Origin: an uncultured bacterium
GTDB taxonomy: Bacteria > Cyanobacteriota > Cyanobacteriia > Cyanobacteriales > JASJDA01
Reading direction: 5' to 3'
Length of the DNA: 64,000 nucleotides
Assembly (NCBI GenBank): GCA_964458305.1
Contig: CAYWIH010000001.1
Location: forward strand, 24,521-88,520
The notes beneath the pieces are model-generated. The model saw only the letters and a list, made by a program, of their open reading frames with translations. It was not told the DNA's origin and did no database searches. The position numbers and the translations under genes are program-made. Shown in pieces: positions 50,391 to 64,000 of the stretch (within the stretch, counting starts at the first letter, position 1; each line of letters starts with the position of its first letter).

Positions 50391-50564
50391 GATAGTTGAA
50401 ACTGCCTGGGGCAAAAGTCAAAATTCAAGTAGGAGCGTTCGAAAAACGTCAACCAAAGTTTTGCTAGTAATTACTCAGTGCTATCTTCACAGATGAAGAT
50501 TCGGGTAAAATCGTTGCAATCCTTTTAAATATCCTTCTGCCTTTTGCCTTTGTTTTAAACAGTC

Positions 50565-50816
<252 letters not shown>

Positions 50817-51009
50817 TTACTTTCCTTGTTTACAAAATTGCGGTGTTTTTCTGGTTAATTATTTCAGCTTTTTGTCCCGAGCGATTGGAGTTTTTTATTT
50901 TTTTCTCCTTCTTATTGGCTCGTTCTTTTTTCTCTACTGAGTTTTGAGAGCGATTCAACCGTGATTTTTAGGGCAATTTAGCTAAAAATCGAGTTTTCTC
51001 TGCTTTTCC

Positions 51010-51762
51010 TCATGCCTCTTCTTCGTCGTACCCCTCGATCGCCTCGTGAATGTAAGCTCCTGCTAAGGTGGCAAATACTAAGGCTTGAATGGCACTAGTA
51101 AATAATCCTAACGCCATTAATGGCAAAGGCACAAATAAAGGCACTAGAAATACTAACACTGCTACTACTAATTCATCCGCCAAAATATTACCAAACAGAC
51201 GGAAACTTAGGGAGAGGGGTTTTGTGAAATCTTCTAAAATTTTAATCGGTAGTAGGATGGGTATTGGTTCGATATAATTAGCAAAATATCCCAATCCTTT
51301 TTTACTAAATCCGGCATAAAAATATGCCAAAGATGTTAGCAATGCTAGGGCTACCGTGGTGTTAATATCGTTGGTAGGTGCGGCTAATTCTCCCTCTGGA
51401 ATTTCTATGATTCCCCAAGGTACTAAAGCACCCGACCAGTTCGATACAAAAATAAACAAAAATAGCGTCCCGATAAACGGCAACCAAGGACGATAATCTT
51501 TTTCTCCCAGTTGGTTTTTAGCTAAGTCTCGCAAAAATTCCAGAACGTATTCCATGAAGTTTTGCATTCCAGTTGGAGCGATTTGAACCTTTTTGTTTGT
51601 AGTTGCTGCGATCGAAGCGATTATCAAAAGAGCGATTACAAACCAAGAGGTCATAAATACTTGTCCGTGGACTTCAAAATTCCCAATTTGCCAATAAAAG
51701 TGGTTGCCAACTTCTATTTCTCCTAGGAATATACTGTCGTAAAAATTTATTCCATCTATCAT
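51010..51762 (-). CDS. atpB: ATP synthase subunit a
   Basis: [22 protein letters not shown]. Confidence 0.98.
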   Translation of the reverse strand: MIDGINFYDSIFLGEIEVGNHFYWQIGNFEVHGQVFMTSWFVIALLIIASIAATTNKKVQIAPTGMQNFMEYVLEFLRDLAKNQLGEKDYRPWLPFIGTLFLFIFVSNWSGALVPWGIIEIPEGELAAPTNDINTTVALALLTSLAYFYAGFSKKGLGYFANYIEPIPILLPIKILEDFTKPLSLSFRLFGNILADELVVAVLVFLVPLFVPLPLMALGLFTSAIQALVFATLAGAYIHEAIEGYDEEEA

Positions 51763-51820
51763 TTCGATTCAGCCAAATTTACTTTTTTTTAAGCCCTCGT
51801 TTTTTTACTAATAGTACCGT

Positions 51821-52267
51821 TTATTCTCGATCCGATATCAAGGTTCGGATCGTATAAACTACTATGGCCGCTTTGTAGGTTAAAAACCCGAGAAAGACGG
51901 GAATAATATGCAATTGATGCCACTGACTGGCGACTATTATTAATAGGGCGAAAAGTCCCAATCTTCTCGATCCGAGCGATTTCTTTTCTTTGCCCAGTTT
52001 GGCTACATCACTGCCTAACATTCTCAAATAGACTACACCAACACAAGCCCCTAAAATATAATTTAAAGCTGTATTTAAAGAGTAAAAAATCCAGACGGGA
52101 ACGAAAATAATCCCCATTAAGGTCAAAGTTGTCAACCACAAAGTTTGTTGCAGTTGATAGTACTCTTCCATCGAGTTATTTTCGATTTCCGCTTCGTTTG
52201 ATTCGACATCACTCTTTAGCTTGGCTGGGTTATTTTCTACCGATCGGTTAGACTGAATCACTTGCAA
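51821..52267 (-). CDS. atpI: ATP synthase protein I (Atp1)
   Basis: [30 protein letters not shown]; first gene of the atp operon. Confidence 0.92.
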   Translation of the reverse strand: MQVIQSNRSVENNPAKLKSDVESNEAEIENNSMEEYYQLQQTLWLTTLTLMGIIFVPVWIFYSLNTALNYILGACVGVVYLRMLGSDVAKLGKEKKSLGSRRLGLFALLIIVASQWHQLHIIPVFLGFLTYKAAIVVYTIRTLISDRE

Positions 52268-52484
52268 TCTTGTTTTTATTTGAGAAATTTTTATTTCTTG
52301 CCGATTTTAAAGCTACTTGCGATCGCGCGACTGGCGCGCTCGGGCCGATAAAAGCCTAACTAAAACCCTTCACGATATTCGCTAGTAGATATTAGCTATA
52401 CACAAGCCAGCAGTCATCATATCATGGGAAGCAGATAAATTTAAACATTTGTGTAGTCAAATTGCCCGTTCTTACCTCGCGATC

Positions 52485-53702
52485 TCAATTTCTCTCTGTC
52501 TGGGGAGTTAAAATAACTAGTTCTTTTTCTAATAAAGCTCTGGCGATCGAGATATCCAAATCGAGTTGGTTTAAAATCTCTCCTACAGTTGCATTACCTT
52601 GACATCTTTGTAAAAATTCAAATTCTTCTGGGGATAAATTAACCATTTGATAGTCTTTATCCAAGATATTTCGACTCGGCCAGCCATTGATACAAGGACT
52701 GAGTTCGACAGTTGCTGCTAAGAAAGTTTTATCTTCAGACCAATCTATTTTTTCGAGGGGATCTTTTGCCAAAAAGAATTCGTAGTGACTGATTTGAGGA
52801 TCTAACAATTCTATAAGTCGGTAACGCTCTTTTTCGCTCAATTTTGCTCCTCTGGCCAATAAATCCGGTACTCCTCCGATTAATCTGTTAATATCCCAAT
52901 ACTGGGGGTTAGAAAAGCCGACGAACTTTAAGCCTGAAGCCTCTATTAATTCAAACAGGGTTTCGATATTGTAATCAATTTCTTGAGGATGGACGTACAT
53001 ATCCGCAAACGCTTCGTCTCTTTTATTTTCAAATGCCCAACGCTCTTTTTCGTACTTGACAAGTCTATTAGTTTCTGGTAAGGAATCGAACAATTGCCGT
53101 CCTACCTTAACCCCATCTTGATAGTCGCCTCTTTTTTCTCCTTGTAACAGGGAAATCGCTCGTTGCATCAAACTAATTTCCCAACGACCCAATTCAGCAT
53201 AAACAAAGACGTGCAGCAGACCGCCAGGAGCTAATTTGGCAGCTAAAGCGCGAATTCCCTTGACAGGTTCGCTTAAGTGATGTAAAACACCAACACAATT
53301 AATTAAATCGAATTGACCGGGTAATTCTGCAGCAGATTCTACTGGTAATTGTAAAAATTCTACAGATTTCGAGCGATTCGATAATACCCCAGAACGGTCA
53401 ACTCTTGCTTTAGCAAAATCTAATGCTTTTTGAGAGATATCGATCGCGACTATTTCGGCATCGGGGTTGAGGTGAATTAAATAATCAGTTCCCGATCCAG
53501 TGCCACAACCTGCATCTAAAATACGAATATCCGATCGAGGAGGTTTGCGGCCGGTACAGAAACTATAAGCCGACAGCCACTGCCATCGCCAATTGTATCC
53601 CGGAGGTAAGTCGTCAGAAAGAGGATCGGGAGGAAAAGGATAAGTATCGTAAAGTTTAGCAACAGCAGTTCTAGTAATTTCAGGATCGGTCATTGCCAGC
53701 AA
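52485..53702 (-). CDS. Class I SAM-dependent methyltransferase
   Basis: ILDAGCGTG, FDLINCVGVLHHL, DMYVHPQE. Confidence 0.9.
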   Translation of the reverse strand: MLAMTDPEITRTAVAKLYDTYPFPPDPLSDDLPPGYNWRWQWLSAYSFCTGRKPPRSDIRILDAGCGTGSGTDYLIHLNPDAEIVAIDISQKALDFAKARVDRSGVLSNRSKSVEFLQLPVESAAELPGQFDLINCVGVLHHLSEPVKGIRALAAKLAPGGLLHVFVYAELGRWEISLMQRAISLLQGEKRGDYQDGVKVGRQLFDSLPETNRLVKYEKERWAFENKRDEAFADMYVHPQEIDYNIETLFELIEASGLKFVGFSNPQYWDINRLIGGVPDLLARGAKLSEKERYRLIELLDPQISHYEFFLAKDPLEKIDWSEDKTFLAATVELSPCINGWPSRNILDKDYQMVNLSPEEFEFLQRCQGNATVGEILNQLDLDISIARALLEKELVILTPQTERN

Positions 53703-54264
53703 TGATTGAGACTTCTGAATTAAGATAGATCGTTTTTGTGCTTTTAAATAGAAAAATATTTAAAAATTACCTATACAAATCTTAAAAAAAAGGCCGCCGA
53801 AGCCAGAAAAGATTTAACCTAGATGCTGATAGGTATGAAAAACATAAGTTTTATCCTAGCTATCGAGCTTCAACTTAGAGGTTCAAAAGCGATTGTCAAT
53901 TCTTTTTTTGCTCTAATTAACGACTAGCTAAGCTAGAGCGAATCGACATCAAGCCCGACTTTCGTGTAATCTAATCTTAAAAACAAGCGATCGATCGACT
54001 TTAATTTTGAGATAATGTACTACTGCTCGATAATTTAACTAGAGTAAGTTATGCCTTCCGAGAGGAAGTCGAAGTAGGAAGTAAACATCAAAGTAAGCTT
54101 TCAATTTGTTTTGCATAACAAATAATAATTACTGATGTCCTGAAATTCTGTTACCCGAGCGAAAAAATAAACCAGAAATTGGCAATTATTAACAATGCAA
54201 GCAAAATTATAGATCGATCGTTCTCAAACTCTAAAATAAAAAAATTAAAGCATTGCTGAAGTAA

Positions 54265-57066
<2,802 letters not shown>

Positions 57067-57450
57067 ATTACCAGACGCTGTTCCTTTACAGCTCGATTTC
57101 CAAGGGTTCAAGGCATTGGCCTTAACCCTCACACCACTCTGCTCGAAAATTTTGACTGAAATTTTAGCCGATCGAGAAAGCTAATCTGAAAAAAAATGTA
57201 AAAAAATATTAAGAAGTCAGGATTTAAGCTGGGTAAATGGCGCAAAATAATTGGGTCAGGTAATGTATCCCTTAATATTATTTCTTCGGAAAAACTCACC
57301 TAACAGTGGGATCGAAGTTAATAATATAAAGAAGTCCTTACTCGAATAATATGAATTTGGGTAAAGATTTGTTAAGATACAGAGCGGCAAGTACGATAAA
57401 AATGCCAGTTTAATTTCATCTGGTTTAGTTTTTTGGGGAGGAATTTATAA

Positions 57451-57936
57451 ATGAGTATTGTCACGAAATCGATCGTGAATGCCGACGCTGAAGCTCGTTA
57501 TTTAAGCCCTGGCGAACTCGATAGAATCAAAACATTTGTTACCAGTGGCGAAAAGCGTTTGCGCATCGCTCAAACTTTAACAGAATCTCGCGAAAGAATC
57601 ATCAAGCAAGCAGGCGATCGTCTGTTCCAAAAACGTCCCGACGTTGTTTCTCCTGGAGGTAATGCTTACGGAGAAGAAATGACAGCAACTTGCTTGCGCG
57701 ATATGGATTACTACCTCCGTTTGATCACTTACGGTGTAGTAGCTGGTGACGTAACTCCAATTGAAGAAATTGGTTTAGTCGGCGTGCGTGAAATGTACAA
57801 ATCCTTGGGAACTCCCATCGATGCAGTAGCTCAAAGCGTGCGCGAAATGAAAGATATCGCTTGCGATCTCATGTCTGCTGAAGATGCATCCGAAGCAGCT
57901 TCTTACTTTGACTATGTAGTCGGAGCAATGCAGTAG
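57451..57936 (+). CDS. apcA: Allophycocyanin alpha subunit
   Basis: [27 protein letters not shown]. Confidence 0.99.
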   Translation: MSIVTKSIVNADAEARYLSPGELDRIKTFVTSGEKRLRIAQTLTESRERIIKQAGDRLFQKRPDVVSPGGNAYGEEMTATCLRDMDYYLRLITYGVVAGDVTPIEEIGLVGVREMYKSLGTPIDAVAQSVREMKDIACDLMSAEDASEAASYFDYVVGAMQ

Positions 57937-58036
57937 GGAAATTTCAACCCTGCCCTAACGAAGCCGAGGGAAATTAGATCCGTGGGCTTCTACTCAAAAC
58001 AGGTTTTTGATATTAGCAAGAGATAAGGAAAAAAAA

Positions 58037-58522
58037 ATGCAAGACGCAATCACTTCTGTTATTAACTCTGCCGACGTTCAAGGTAAATATCTTGATACCG
58101 GCTCAATGGATAAACTCAAAGGATATTTCCAAACTGGAGAATTAAGAGTTCGCGCAGCTAGCGTAATTAGTGCTAACGCAGCTAACATCGTCAAAGAAGC
58201 TGTAGCTAAATCTTTGTTATACTCCGACGTAACTCGTCCCGGTGGTAATATGTACACCACTCGTCGTTATGCAGCTTGCATCCGCGACTTAGACTATTAC
58301 CTACGCTATGCTACCTACGCTATGTTAGCTGGCGATCCTTCTATTCTCGACGAGAGAGTATTAAACGGATTAAAAGAAACTTACAACTCTTTAGGCGTTC
58401 CCATTGCTTCTACAGTTCAAGCTATTCAAGCAATGAAAGAAGTGACTGCTAGTTTAGTCGGCCCCGATGCTGGTAAAGAAATGGGCGTATATTTCGACTA
58501 CATCTGCTCTGGCTTAAGCTAA
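58037..58522 (+). CDS. apcB: Allophycocyanin beta subunit
   Basis: [20 protein letters not shown]; start corrected to ATG 58037. Confidence 0.99.
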   Translation: MQDAITSVINSADVQGKYLDTGSMDKLKGYFQTGELRVRAASVISANAANIVKEAVAKSLLYSDVTRPGGNMYTTRRYAACIRDLDYYLRYATYAMLAGDPSILDERVLNGLKETYNSLGVPIASTVQAIQAMKEVTASLVGPDAGKEMGVYFDYICSGLS

Positions 58523-58653
58523 GCTGACTTCTACTTTAACTTGATAGAAGAGAGATCGAAACAGACAGTAAAAATCGATTAAAAGAAGGTATTACCTCGA
58601 CGATCGAAAATATTTAAAATATGTCTGTTCAATTGAAGCGATCGAGATGTAGG

Positions 58654-58740
58654 GGCTAGGAAAGTCGAGAGTGAGTGCTAGCTAGTTGAAGGCTTAGAAC
58701 ATAAGTTTTGACACCTAGTATTGACTCCTGACTCCTAGCC
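58654..58740 (+). other. Long imperfect RNA stem-loop between apcB and apcC
   Basis: GGCTAGGAAAGTCGAGAGTGAGTGCTAG pairs with CTAGTATTGACTCCTGACTCCTAGCC. Confidence 0.6.
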
Positions 58741-58852
58741 TTTGCTGTGCTTCAGTAACTTAACCTTAAGACAAGCGAAAAAATTCAAGCCGAGAAATTT
58801 TTAAGCTAGTTTCAGATTAAAAAAAAAATAAAAAATCGGGAGAAACAATCTC

Positions 58853-59056
58853 ATGAGAATGTTTAAAGTAACAGCTTGCGTACCTTCTCAAACTAGAATT
58901 CGCACTCAAAGAGAATTGCAAAATACCTATTTCACTAAATTAGTTGCTTATGACAACTGGTTTCGCGAACAACAAAGAATTATGAAGATGGGTGGCAAAA
59001 TCGTTAAAGTTGAGCTAGCAACAGGCAAACCCGGAACGAATACAGGCTTACTTTAA
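58853..59056 (+). CDS. apcC: Phycobilisome small core linker Lc7.8
   Basis: MRMFKVTACVPSQTRIRTQRELQNTYFTKLV. Confidence 0.98.
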   Translation: MRMFKVTACVPSQTRIRTQRELQNTYFTKLVAYDNWFREQQRIMKMGGKIVKVELATGKPGTNTGLL

Positions 59057-59093
59057 GTTGGCGATCGCAAAGAAAACATCAATAATTAACAAT

Positions 59094-59119
59094 AAGAGGT
59101 CTTGTAAGATCTCTTTTTT
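59094..59119 (+). terminator. Rho-independent terminator of apcABC
   Basis: AAGAGGTCTT-GT-AAGATCTCTT plus T tract. Confidence 0.7.
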
Positions 59120-59158
59120 GTTATTTTGAGAGAAAGAGTAATATCGAGCGAGCTAAGA

Positions 59159-60325
59159 GTGTTACGATACATAATTCCAGCTTTTGACACCGAAGTACGT
59201 AATTGGGCTACTACCGCACGATTGTTACACTGGCTGACAATATTGTGGCTGTCGATCGGTTTAATTGCCCTCTTTTCAGCATCCTACCCCGTTGCTGAAG
59301 CAGAATTTGGCGACGGCTTATATTACTTTAAAAGGCAATTAGTTTGGGTATTATTGGGAATGGGAGGATTTTCTTTAATAGTGCGATCGCCCATTCGCAA
59401 AATTTGCCAAATCTCTCACTGGGTTTTCTTAATTTTATTAGGATTAATTTTTCTGACCTTAATTCCCGGAGTTGGAACTACTATCAACGGAGCAACTCGC
59501 TGGCTGTCGATCGGGCCGTTTTTATTACAACCTTCGGAATTAATCAAACCTTTCTTAATATTACAAAGTGCCAGGTTGTTCGGAATGTGGCATAAACTGA
59601 GTTTAACGGTTCGTCTCGGTTGGTTGTTAATTTTTGCCTTACTTTTAGGAGCAATTTTATTACAACCTAACTTAAGTACCACAGCCCTATGCGGCATGAC
59701 GATCTGGTTGATAGCTTTAGCAGCAGGACTGCCACAAACACAACTCGCAGGAGTGGCGATCGCGGGATTGTTAACCGCTACGATCAGTATCAGCATCCAC
59801 GACTATCAACGCCGCAGAGTAATGTCATTTCTCGCTCCTTGGCAAGATCCGAGCGGAGATGGATATCAATTAGTACAAAGCTTGTTAGCAATCGGATCTG
59901 GACGTGCTTGGGGTGCTGGTTTCGGAATGTCCCAACAAAAATTATTTTATCTGCCGATCCAATATACCGATTTTATTTTTGCCGTATTTGCCGAAGAATT
60001 TGGCTTTATTGGTTGCACTTTATTACTTTTATTGTTAGTAGCTTACGCTACTTTAGCATCGATCGTTGCCAGTCTTTGCCGTCATCCCGTCCACAGATTA
60101 ATCGCGATCGGCGTAGCAATTATTTTGGTCGGACAATCTTTACTTAATATTGGCGTAGCTACGGGGGCTTTACCAACTACAGGTTTACCTTTACCTTTAT
60201 TTAGCTACGGTGGCAGTTCTGCTATTTCTAGTTTGCTCTGTGCCGCTTTATTAATTAGAGTAGCTCGAGAAAGTAGTAAAGCTAATGTAGTATTTTTAAA
60301 ACGCAAGAAAAGATCGAGAAATTAA
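59159..60325 (+). CDS. ftsW: FtsW/RodA family peptidoglycan glycosyltransferase
   Basis: NGATRW, QPSELIK, GYQLVQSL.AIGSG, TDFIFAVFAEE, TGLPLPLFSYGGS; start may be 59126. Confidence 0.9.
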   Translation: MLRYIIPAFDTEVRNWATTARLLHWLTILWLSIGLIALFSASYPVAEAEFGDGLYYFKRQLVWVLLGMGGFSLIVRSPIRKICQISHWVFLILLGLIFLTLIPGVGTTINGATRWLSIGPFLLQPSELIKPFLILQSARLFGMWHKLSLTVRLGWLLIFALLLGAILLQPNLSTTALCGMTIWLIALAAGLPQTQLAGVAIAGLLTATISISIHDYQRRRVMSFLAPWQDPSGDGYQLVQSLLAIGSGRAWGAGFGMSQQKLFYLPIQYTDFIFAVFAEEFGFIGCTLLLLLLVAYATLASIVASLCRHPVHRLIAIGVAIILVGQSLLNIGVATGALPTTGLPLPLFSYGGSSAISSLLCAALLIRVARESSKANVVFLKRKKRSRN

Positions 60326-60360
60326 ATTTAAATACCAACAGCCAACAGACAACAGCAAAT

Positions 60361-61449
60361 TTAATAAATCTTTGCTTCGGGTAAAATTAACATTGCATCG
60401 CCGAAAGAATAGAAACGATATTTTTGTTCGATCGCCTCTCGATACAAATTTAACAAGCGATCGCGTCCTAGCATCGCACTGACTAACATTAACAAACTAG
60501 AACCCGGTAAATGAAAGTTAGTAATCAATCCATCGACAACTTTCCAGCGATAACCAGGATAAATAAATAGATCCGTTTCGCCAAAAAAAGGCTCTAAACT
60601 CTCTTTATTGTTTGCCGCACCTTCTAAAGATCTTACTACCGTCGTACCGACAGCGATAATTCTTCCGCCTTTTGCTTTGGTTGCTTTAATTAAATCGACT
60701 GTTTCGCTAGGAACTTCTACCCATTCCGAATGCATCTGATGATTTTTAATATTGTCAACTTCTACCGGGCGAAAAGTACCGACACCAACGTGTAAAGTAA
60801 GATAAGTTTGCTCGATTCCTGCTAATTGTAACTTTTTTAACAAATCTTTAGTAAAATGTAAACCAGCAGTAGGAGCGGCAACCGAACCCCAAGCAGAAGC
60901 GTAAACCGTTTGATATTGAGATGGTTGAGATTGAGAAGAAGTGATGTAAGGAGGAAAAGGAATTATTCCAAAATAATCCAGCAATTGCTCGAAACGATAA
61001 CCTTGAGGATAATCGAATTCTAAAATACGCCCCCCAGTAGCTTCATCTTTAGCGATCGCCTTAGCTTTGAGAATAAAATCTATTTCTGAAGCGCGATCGG
61101 CTATCGGATCGAAGATTATTTCACTTCCAACTTTAAAACGCTTCCCTGGTTTGACTAAAGCCAACCAACGACGATCGTTTTGCTGTTTTTGTAGGAGTAA
61201 AATTTCTACCTTAGCCCCCGTAGATTTACGCCCGTAAAGTCTCGCAGGAATGACTTGAGTGTTATTGAGAACGAGCAAATCGCCAGGCTGCAACCAATTA
61301 GGGAGATCCTTAAAAATAGAGTGAACGAAAGTAGTTGGAGAATCGATCGCCAAAAGACGAGAACCATCTCGCGGAATTACAGCATCTCGAGCGATTAATT
61401 CTTGAGGCAATTCATAATCGTAGCTTGACAACAAATAATCTTGATTCAT
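60361..61449 (-). CDS. queA: S-adenosylmethionine:tRNA ribosyltransferase-isomerase
   Basis: YDYELP.ELIA, GSVAAPTAGLHF, TNFHLP, YRFYSFGDAM. Confidence 0.98.
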   Translation of the reverse strand: MNQDYLLSSYDYELPQELIARDAVIPRDGSRLLAIDSPTTFVHSIFKDLPNWLQPGDLLVLNNTQVIPARLYGRKSTGAKVEILLLQKQQNDRRWLALVKPGKRFKVGSEIIFDPIADRASEIDFILKAKAIAKDEATGGRILEFDYPQGYRFEQLLDYFGIIPFPPYITSSQSQPSQYQTVYASAWGSVAAPTAGLHFTKDLLKKLQLAGIEQTYLTLHVGVGTFRPVEVDNIKNHQMHSEWVEVPSETVDLIKATKAKGGRIIAVGTTVVRSLEGAANNKESLEPFFGETDLFIYPGYRWKVVDGLITNFHLPGSSLLMLVSAMLGRDRLLNLYREAIEQKYRFYSFGDAMLILPEAKIY

Positions 61450-61593
61450 GATTAACGCAAGGTAAAAATTGGGTGATCTCCCCCATAATCTATTTAGTAA
61501 ATCGGGGGGATTTCCCCTACCATCGCATTATATTTCTTGTCAAACTAGAGATAGAGGCAATCCCGCGACTGTTGGTAAAGGGAGTAATATATT

Positions 61594-61983
61594 ATGGATT
61601 ACATTTTCTTTTTAGCTAACGCTAGCCTGACTCTGCGTGTTATCGAGTTTTTAAGTTTTACCGATAAATTTGCAGTTGCTTCGATGACAGTCATTCATCG
61701 AATCGACGGTTGGATAGTGAAAGTTAATTTTGAGAAAGCCTTAAGTCAAGATCTAAATGGTGACTTTCGCGCTTTTATGGCAGAATTAGGTATCGTTTAC
61801 GAACCAGAAATTCGCCTACAAATGGTATTTTGGAGCTTAGAAACTGGACAGTCTCCGATCGATGTAATGCGTCGCTATCAAGTAGCTGTAGTTTCTCACG
61901 GACTGCCTAATAAAAATGATATCGAAGCATTTCGCAAGCAATTTACCAAAGGTTTAGGTTATTGTCCCGAAACTCTCGCTTAA
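61594..61983 (+). CDS. Conserved cyanobacterial hypothetical protein
   Basis: RBS GGAG; FLANASLTLRV...F..GLGYCPETLA. Confidence 0.8.
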   Translation: MDYIFFLANASLTLRVIEFLSFTDKFAVASMTVIHRIDGWIVKVNFEKALSQDLNGDFRAFMAELGIVYEPEIRLQMVFWSLETGQSPIDVMRRYQVAVVSHGLPNKNDIEAFRKQFTKGLGYCPETLA

Positions 61984-61998
61984 TCTTGTCAAGGAGTA

Positions 61999-62301
61999 TT
62001 AAGAGGACAAGATTACTAAAACGATCGAACTTATTACCACAGAAACGCCAGCAGGCATAAATTTACGGGTTTTGATTAGCCGAATAGTAAACACCACCAA
62101 CAGCAACAGAGTTACTATCTTAGCTAAAATTAATCCGAAACCAAAATTGAGACTTTGAGCGATCGCCGCGGACAGTAAAAGCAATCCAGCGATCGCTCCA
62201 GCAATTAAAGACTTTTTGCTACCAGCGCGGGAATACCCGATCGCTCCACCTACTAAAACTATAATGCCGTAAGCCACAGTTATTAAGATTTTCAAAGACA
62301 T
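61999..62301 (-). CDS. TMEM14 family membrane protein
   Basis: YG...VGG.IGY..AGS.KSL.AG, TRKFMPAG; start at MSLKIL. Confidence 0.88.
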   Translation of the reverse strand: MSLKILITVAYGIIVLVGGAIGYSRAGSKKSLIAGAIAGLLLLSAAIAQSLNFGFGLILAKIVTLLLLVVFTIRLIKTRKFMPAGVSVVISSIVLVILSS

Positions 62302-62303
62302 TT

Positions 62304-63200
62304 TTAAGAAAAAGAAGTCAGTATTTGTAAAACTCGCGGTATATCTTCTAATTCTCCCACAATTCGCCGCACTGGATGGGGCCAAACTCTAACTAGTGTA
62401 GGTGTAGCCGAAACTTGATTGCTTTCAGCTTGTTCGGGATGTTTGGAAATATCAATTACTTTAAGAGTATAAGGGTGTCCCAAACCCCGTTCTAAAAGTT
62501 GGTGAATTCTTTCTAAAATTACTTCGTTAGAATTTTGTTGACCGGAAACGAACAACCGCAAAACATAAGTATGAGAATTGGGGCGAGAAAATTCTCTATT
62601 ATGGCCGAGAGGATCGTTGTTTAAAAAATTATTAATTCTTGCTGGAGAGCGATCGCTATTTTGGTGTCTAATTTGTCGATCTGGTTCTAAAGAAACAATC
62701 AGATCGTTTTCTTGCCAAAGTTGAGGAAAGCGATCGCGGTAAGTTTCGATGATTATAGGATTGCAGGATTCTTCAGTCCAAGGAGCGGTTTGCCAAATTA
62801 AATTATCAGTTTCAAAAACTGCATTTAATAATGTTTGATAGCGTCTTACTGGTGGATAGATCTCGGCAGATATTTTTACCTGTCGCTCGTGCGGATCGAA
62901 CCATCGATCTACAGTAGCAGTATATCCTGGAACTAGAAAGTGGGGAGGCTCTGACAAACCCAGTAATTCTTGTAAAGCAATGCATAAATGCATATGCCAA
63001 CGACCTCTTTTACTCGGATCGATACAATAAATTAAATCTCCCCCTGGCGTAAATAAAGCAATTCCTTTAAATAATTGGGGTAACAAGACATTTTCCGATA
63101 ATCTCTTACTGACAATTTTATAATTATTTTCTACCCAAAAAGATTGCTTTGAGGATCGAACTAAATCGAGTAGGCGATCGCCTACTCGATCGCTCATCAA
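62304..63200 (-). CDS. Long KaiB-domain protein (N-terminal extension plus C-terminal KaiB-like domain)
   Basis: YVLRLFVSG...YTLKVIDI.KHPEQAE...V.ATPTLVRVWP.PVRRIVGEL. Confidence 0.88.
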   Translation of the reverse strand: MMSDRVGDRLLDLVRSSKQSFWVENNYKIVSKRLSENVLLPQLFKGIALFTPGGDLIYCIDPSKRGRWHMHLCIALQELLGLSEPPHFLVPGYTATVDRWFDPHERQVKISAEIYPPVRRYQTLLNAVFETDNLIWQTAPWTEESCNPIIIETYRDRFPQLWQENDLIVSLEPDRQIRHQNSDRSPARINNFLNNDPLGHNREFSRPNSHTYVLRLFVSGQQNSNEVILERIHQLLERGLGHPYTLKVIDISKHPEQAESNQVSATPTLVRVWPHPVRRIVGELEDIPRVLQILTSFS

Positions 63201-63209
63201 ATTACGATC

Positions 63210-64000
63210 TTAAACTCTTCCTCGCAACCATTGAGCCATTTCGTTAGGAGTAGGCGATCGCTCGAGAGTAGTTTCTTCGGTAATACGTCCTTGTTGGTAA
63301 AGATTAAATAGAGATTTATTCGTAGTGGTCATACCATCAAATTCACCATCTTTCATCAGTTCGAGAATTTCATCGTATTTAGATTGGCGAATATAATCTT
63401 TGATGGTTTCAGTATTGATCATAATATCGTGATAAGCCGCTCGTTTGCCGTCGGTGGTACGACACAATCCTTGAGAGATAATTGCTACTATCGATTCGGA
63501 TAAAGCAGTACGCATCGCGTCTTGTTCTTCGGCACTATATAAACTGAGAATCCGCTCTAAAGTTTTGACAGCACTATTGGTGTGTAAAGTTCCCATAACT
63601 AAGTGACCGGTTTGAGCTGCTTTGAGGGCGGTATTGACTGTTTCTTTATCCCGCATCTCACCGATCAGAATGATATCTGGATCTTCCCGGAGGGCTGCTT
63701 TGAGAGCGTTATCGAATTTTCGGGTGTGCATCCCCACTTCTCTTTGTTTGATTAGGGATTTGCGACTTCTGTGAACGAATTCCACCGGATCTTCGATCGT
63801 TATGATATGTTTGGCATGATTTTTATTAATGTAATCTACCATGGCTGCCATTGTGGTAGATTTACCCGAACCAGTCGGCCCCGTTACTAATACTAATCCT
63901 TTATGAGCGTCGGAAATAGTTCTGAATACCTCTGGTAATTTTAACTGTTCTAAAGTCAAGATTTTCAGGGGAATTAACCGCAAAACCATTGCCGGGCCGG
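63210..64000 (-). CDS. pilT: Type IV pilus retraction ATPase PilT (PilT2-like), 5' part beyond the window
   Basis: GPTGSGKST, TIEDPVE, ALREDPD..GEMRD, TGHLV.GTLHT. Confidence 0.93.
   Translation of the reverse strand, partial: GPAMVLRLIPLKILTLEQLKLPEVFRTISDAHKGLVLVTGPTGSGKSTTMAAMVDYINKNHAKHIITIEDPVEFVHRSRKSLIKQREVGMHTRKFDNALKAALREDPDIILIGEMRDKETVNTALKAAQTGHLVMGTLHTNSAVKTLERILSLYSAEEQDAMRTALSESIVAIISQGLCRTTDGKRAAYHDIMINTETIKDYIRQSKYDEILELMKDGEFDGMTTTNKSLFNLYQQGRITEETTLERSPTPNEMAQWLRGRV

Overview
Cyanobacterial chromosomal window (AT-rich, dense in CGATCG/HIP1 sites). It is mostly housekeeping genes: pyrF, tyrS, a class A PBP, trmD, cphBA, glgC, a DnaJ-class chaperone, peroxiredoxins, hsp20, tldD, the atpI-B-E-F'-F-H-A-G operon, apcE-apcABC, ftsW, queA, a long KaiB-domain gene and a partial pilT. 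An accessory stretch lies at about 32.8-46 kb. Its most notable part is a candidate RNA/tRNA end-repair island (36.3-44.6 kb). This has a tightly coupled minus-strand operon of RlaP-type nucleotidyltransferase, an unannotated PolX-like nucleotidyltransferase with a CCA-enzyme-like tail, a P-loop kinase and a Thg1-like 3'-5' polymerase. It is followed by a DRB0094-type RNA ligase and flanked by a second RlaP and an FCP1-like HAD phosphatase. Also notable are an HTH-NACHT (STAND) gene divergent from an unannotated 43-aa peptide gene with 10-bp phased repeats between them, a BKACE/gamma-CA/TauE cluster, a DUF6888-DUF6887 fusion, several gene remnants missed by the ORF track, and PsrA-like and FurC/PerR-like operators. 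No rRNA, tRNA, CRISPR array or intact transposase was seen. All family assignments are from motif recognition by eye; no database search was run.
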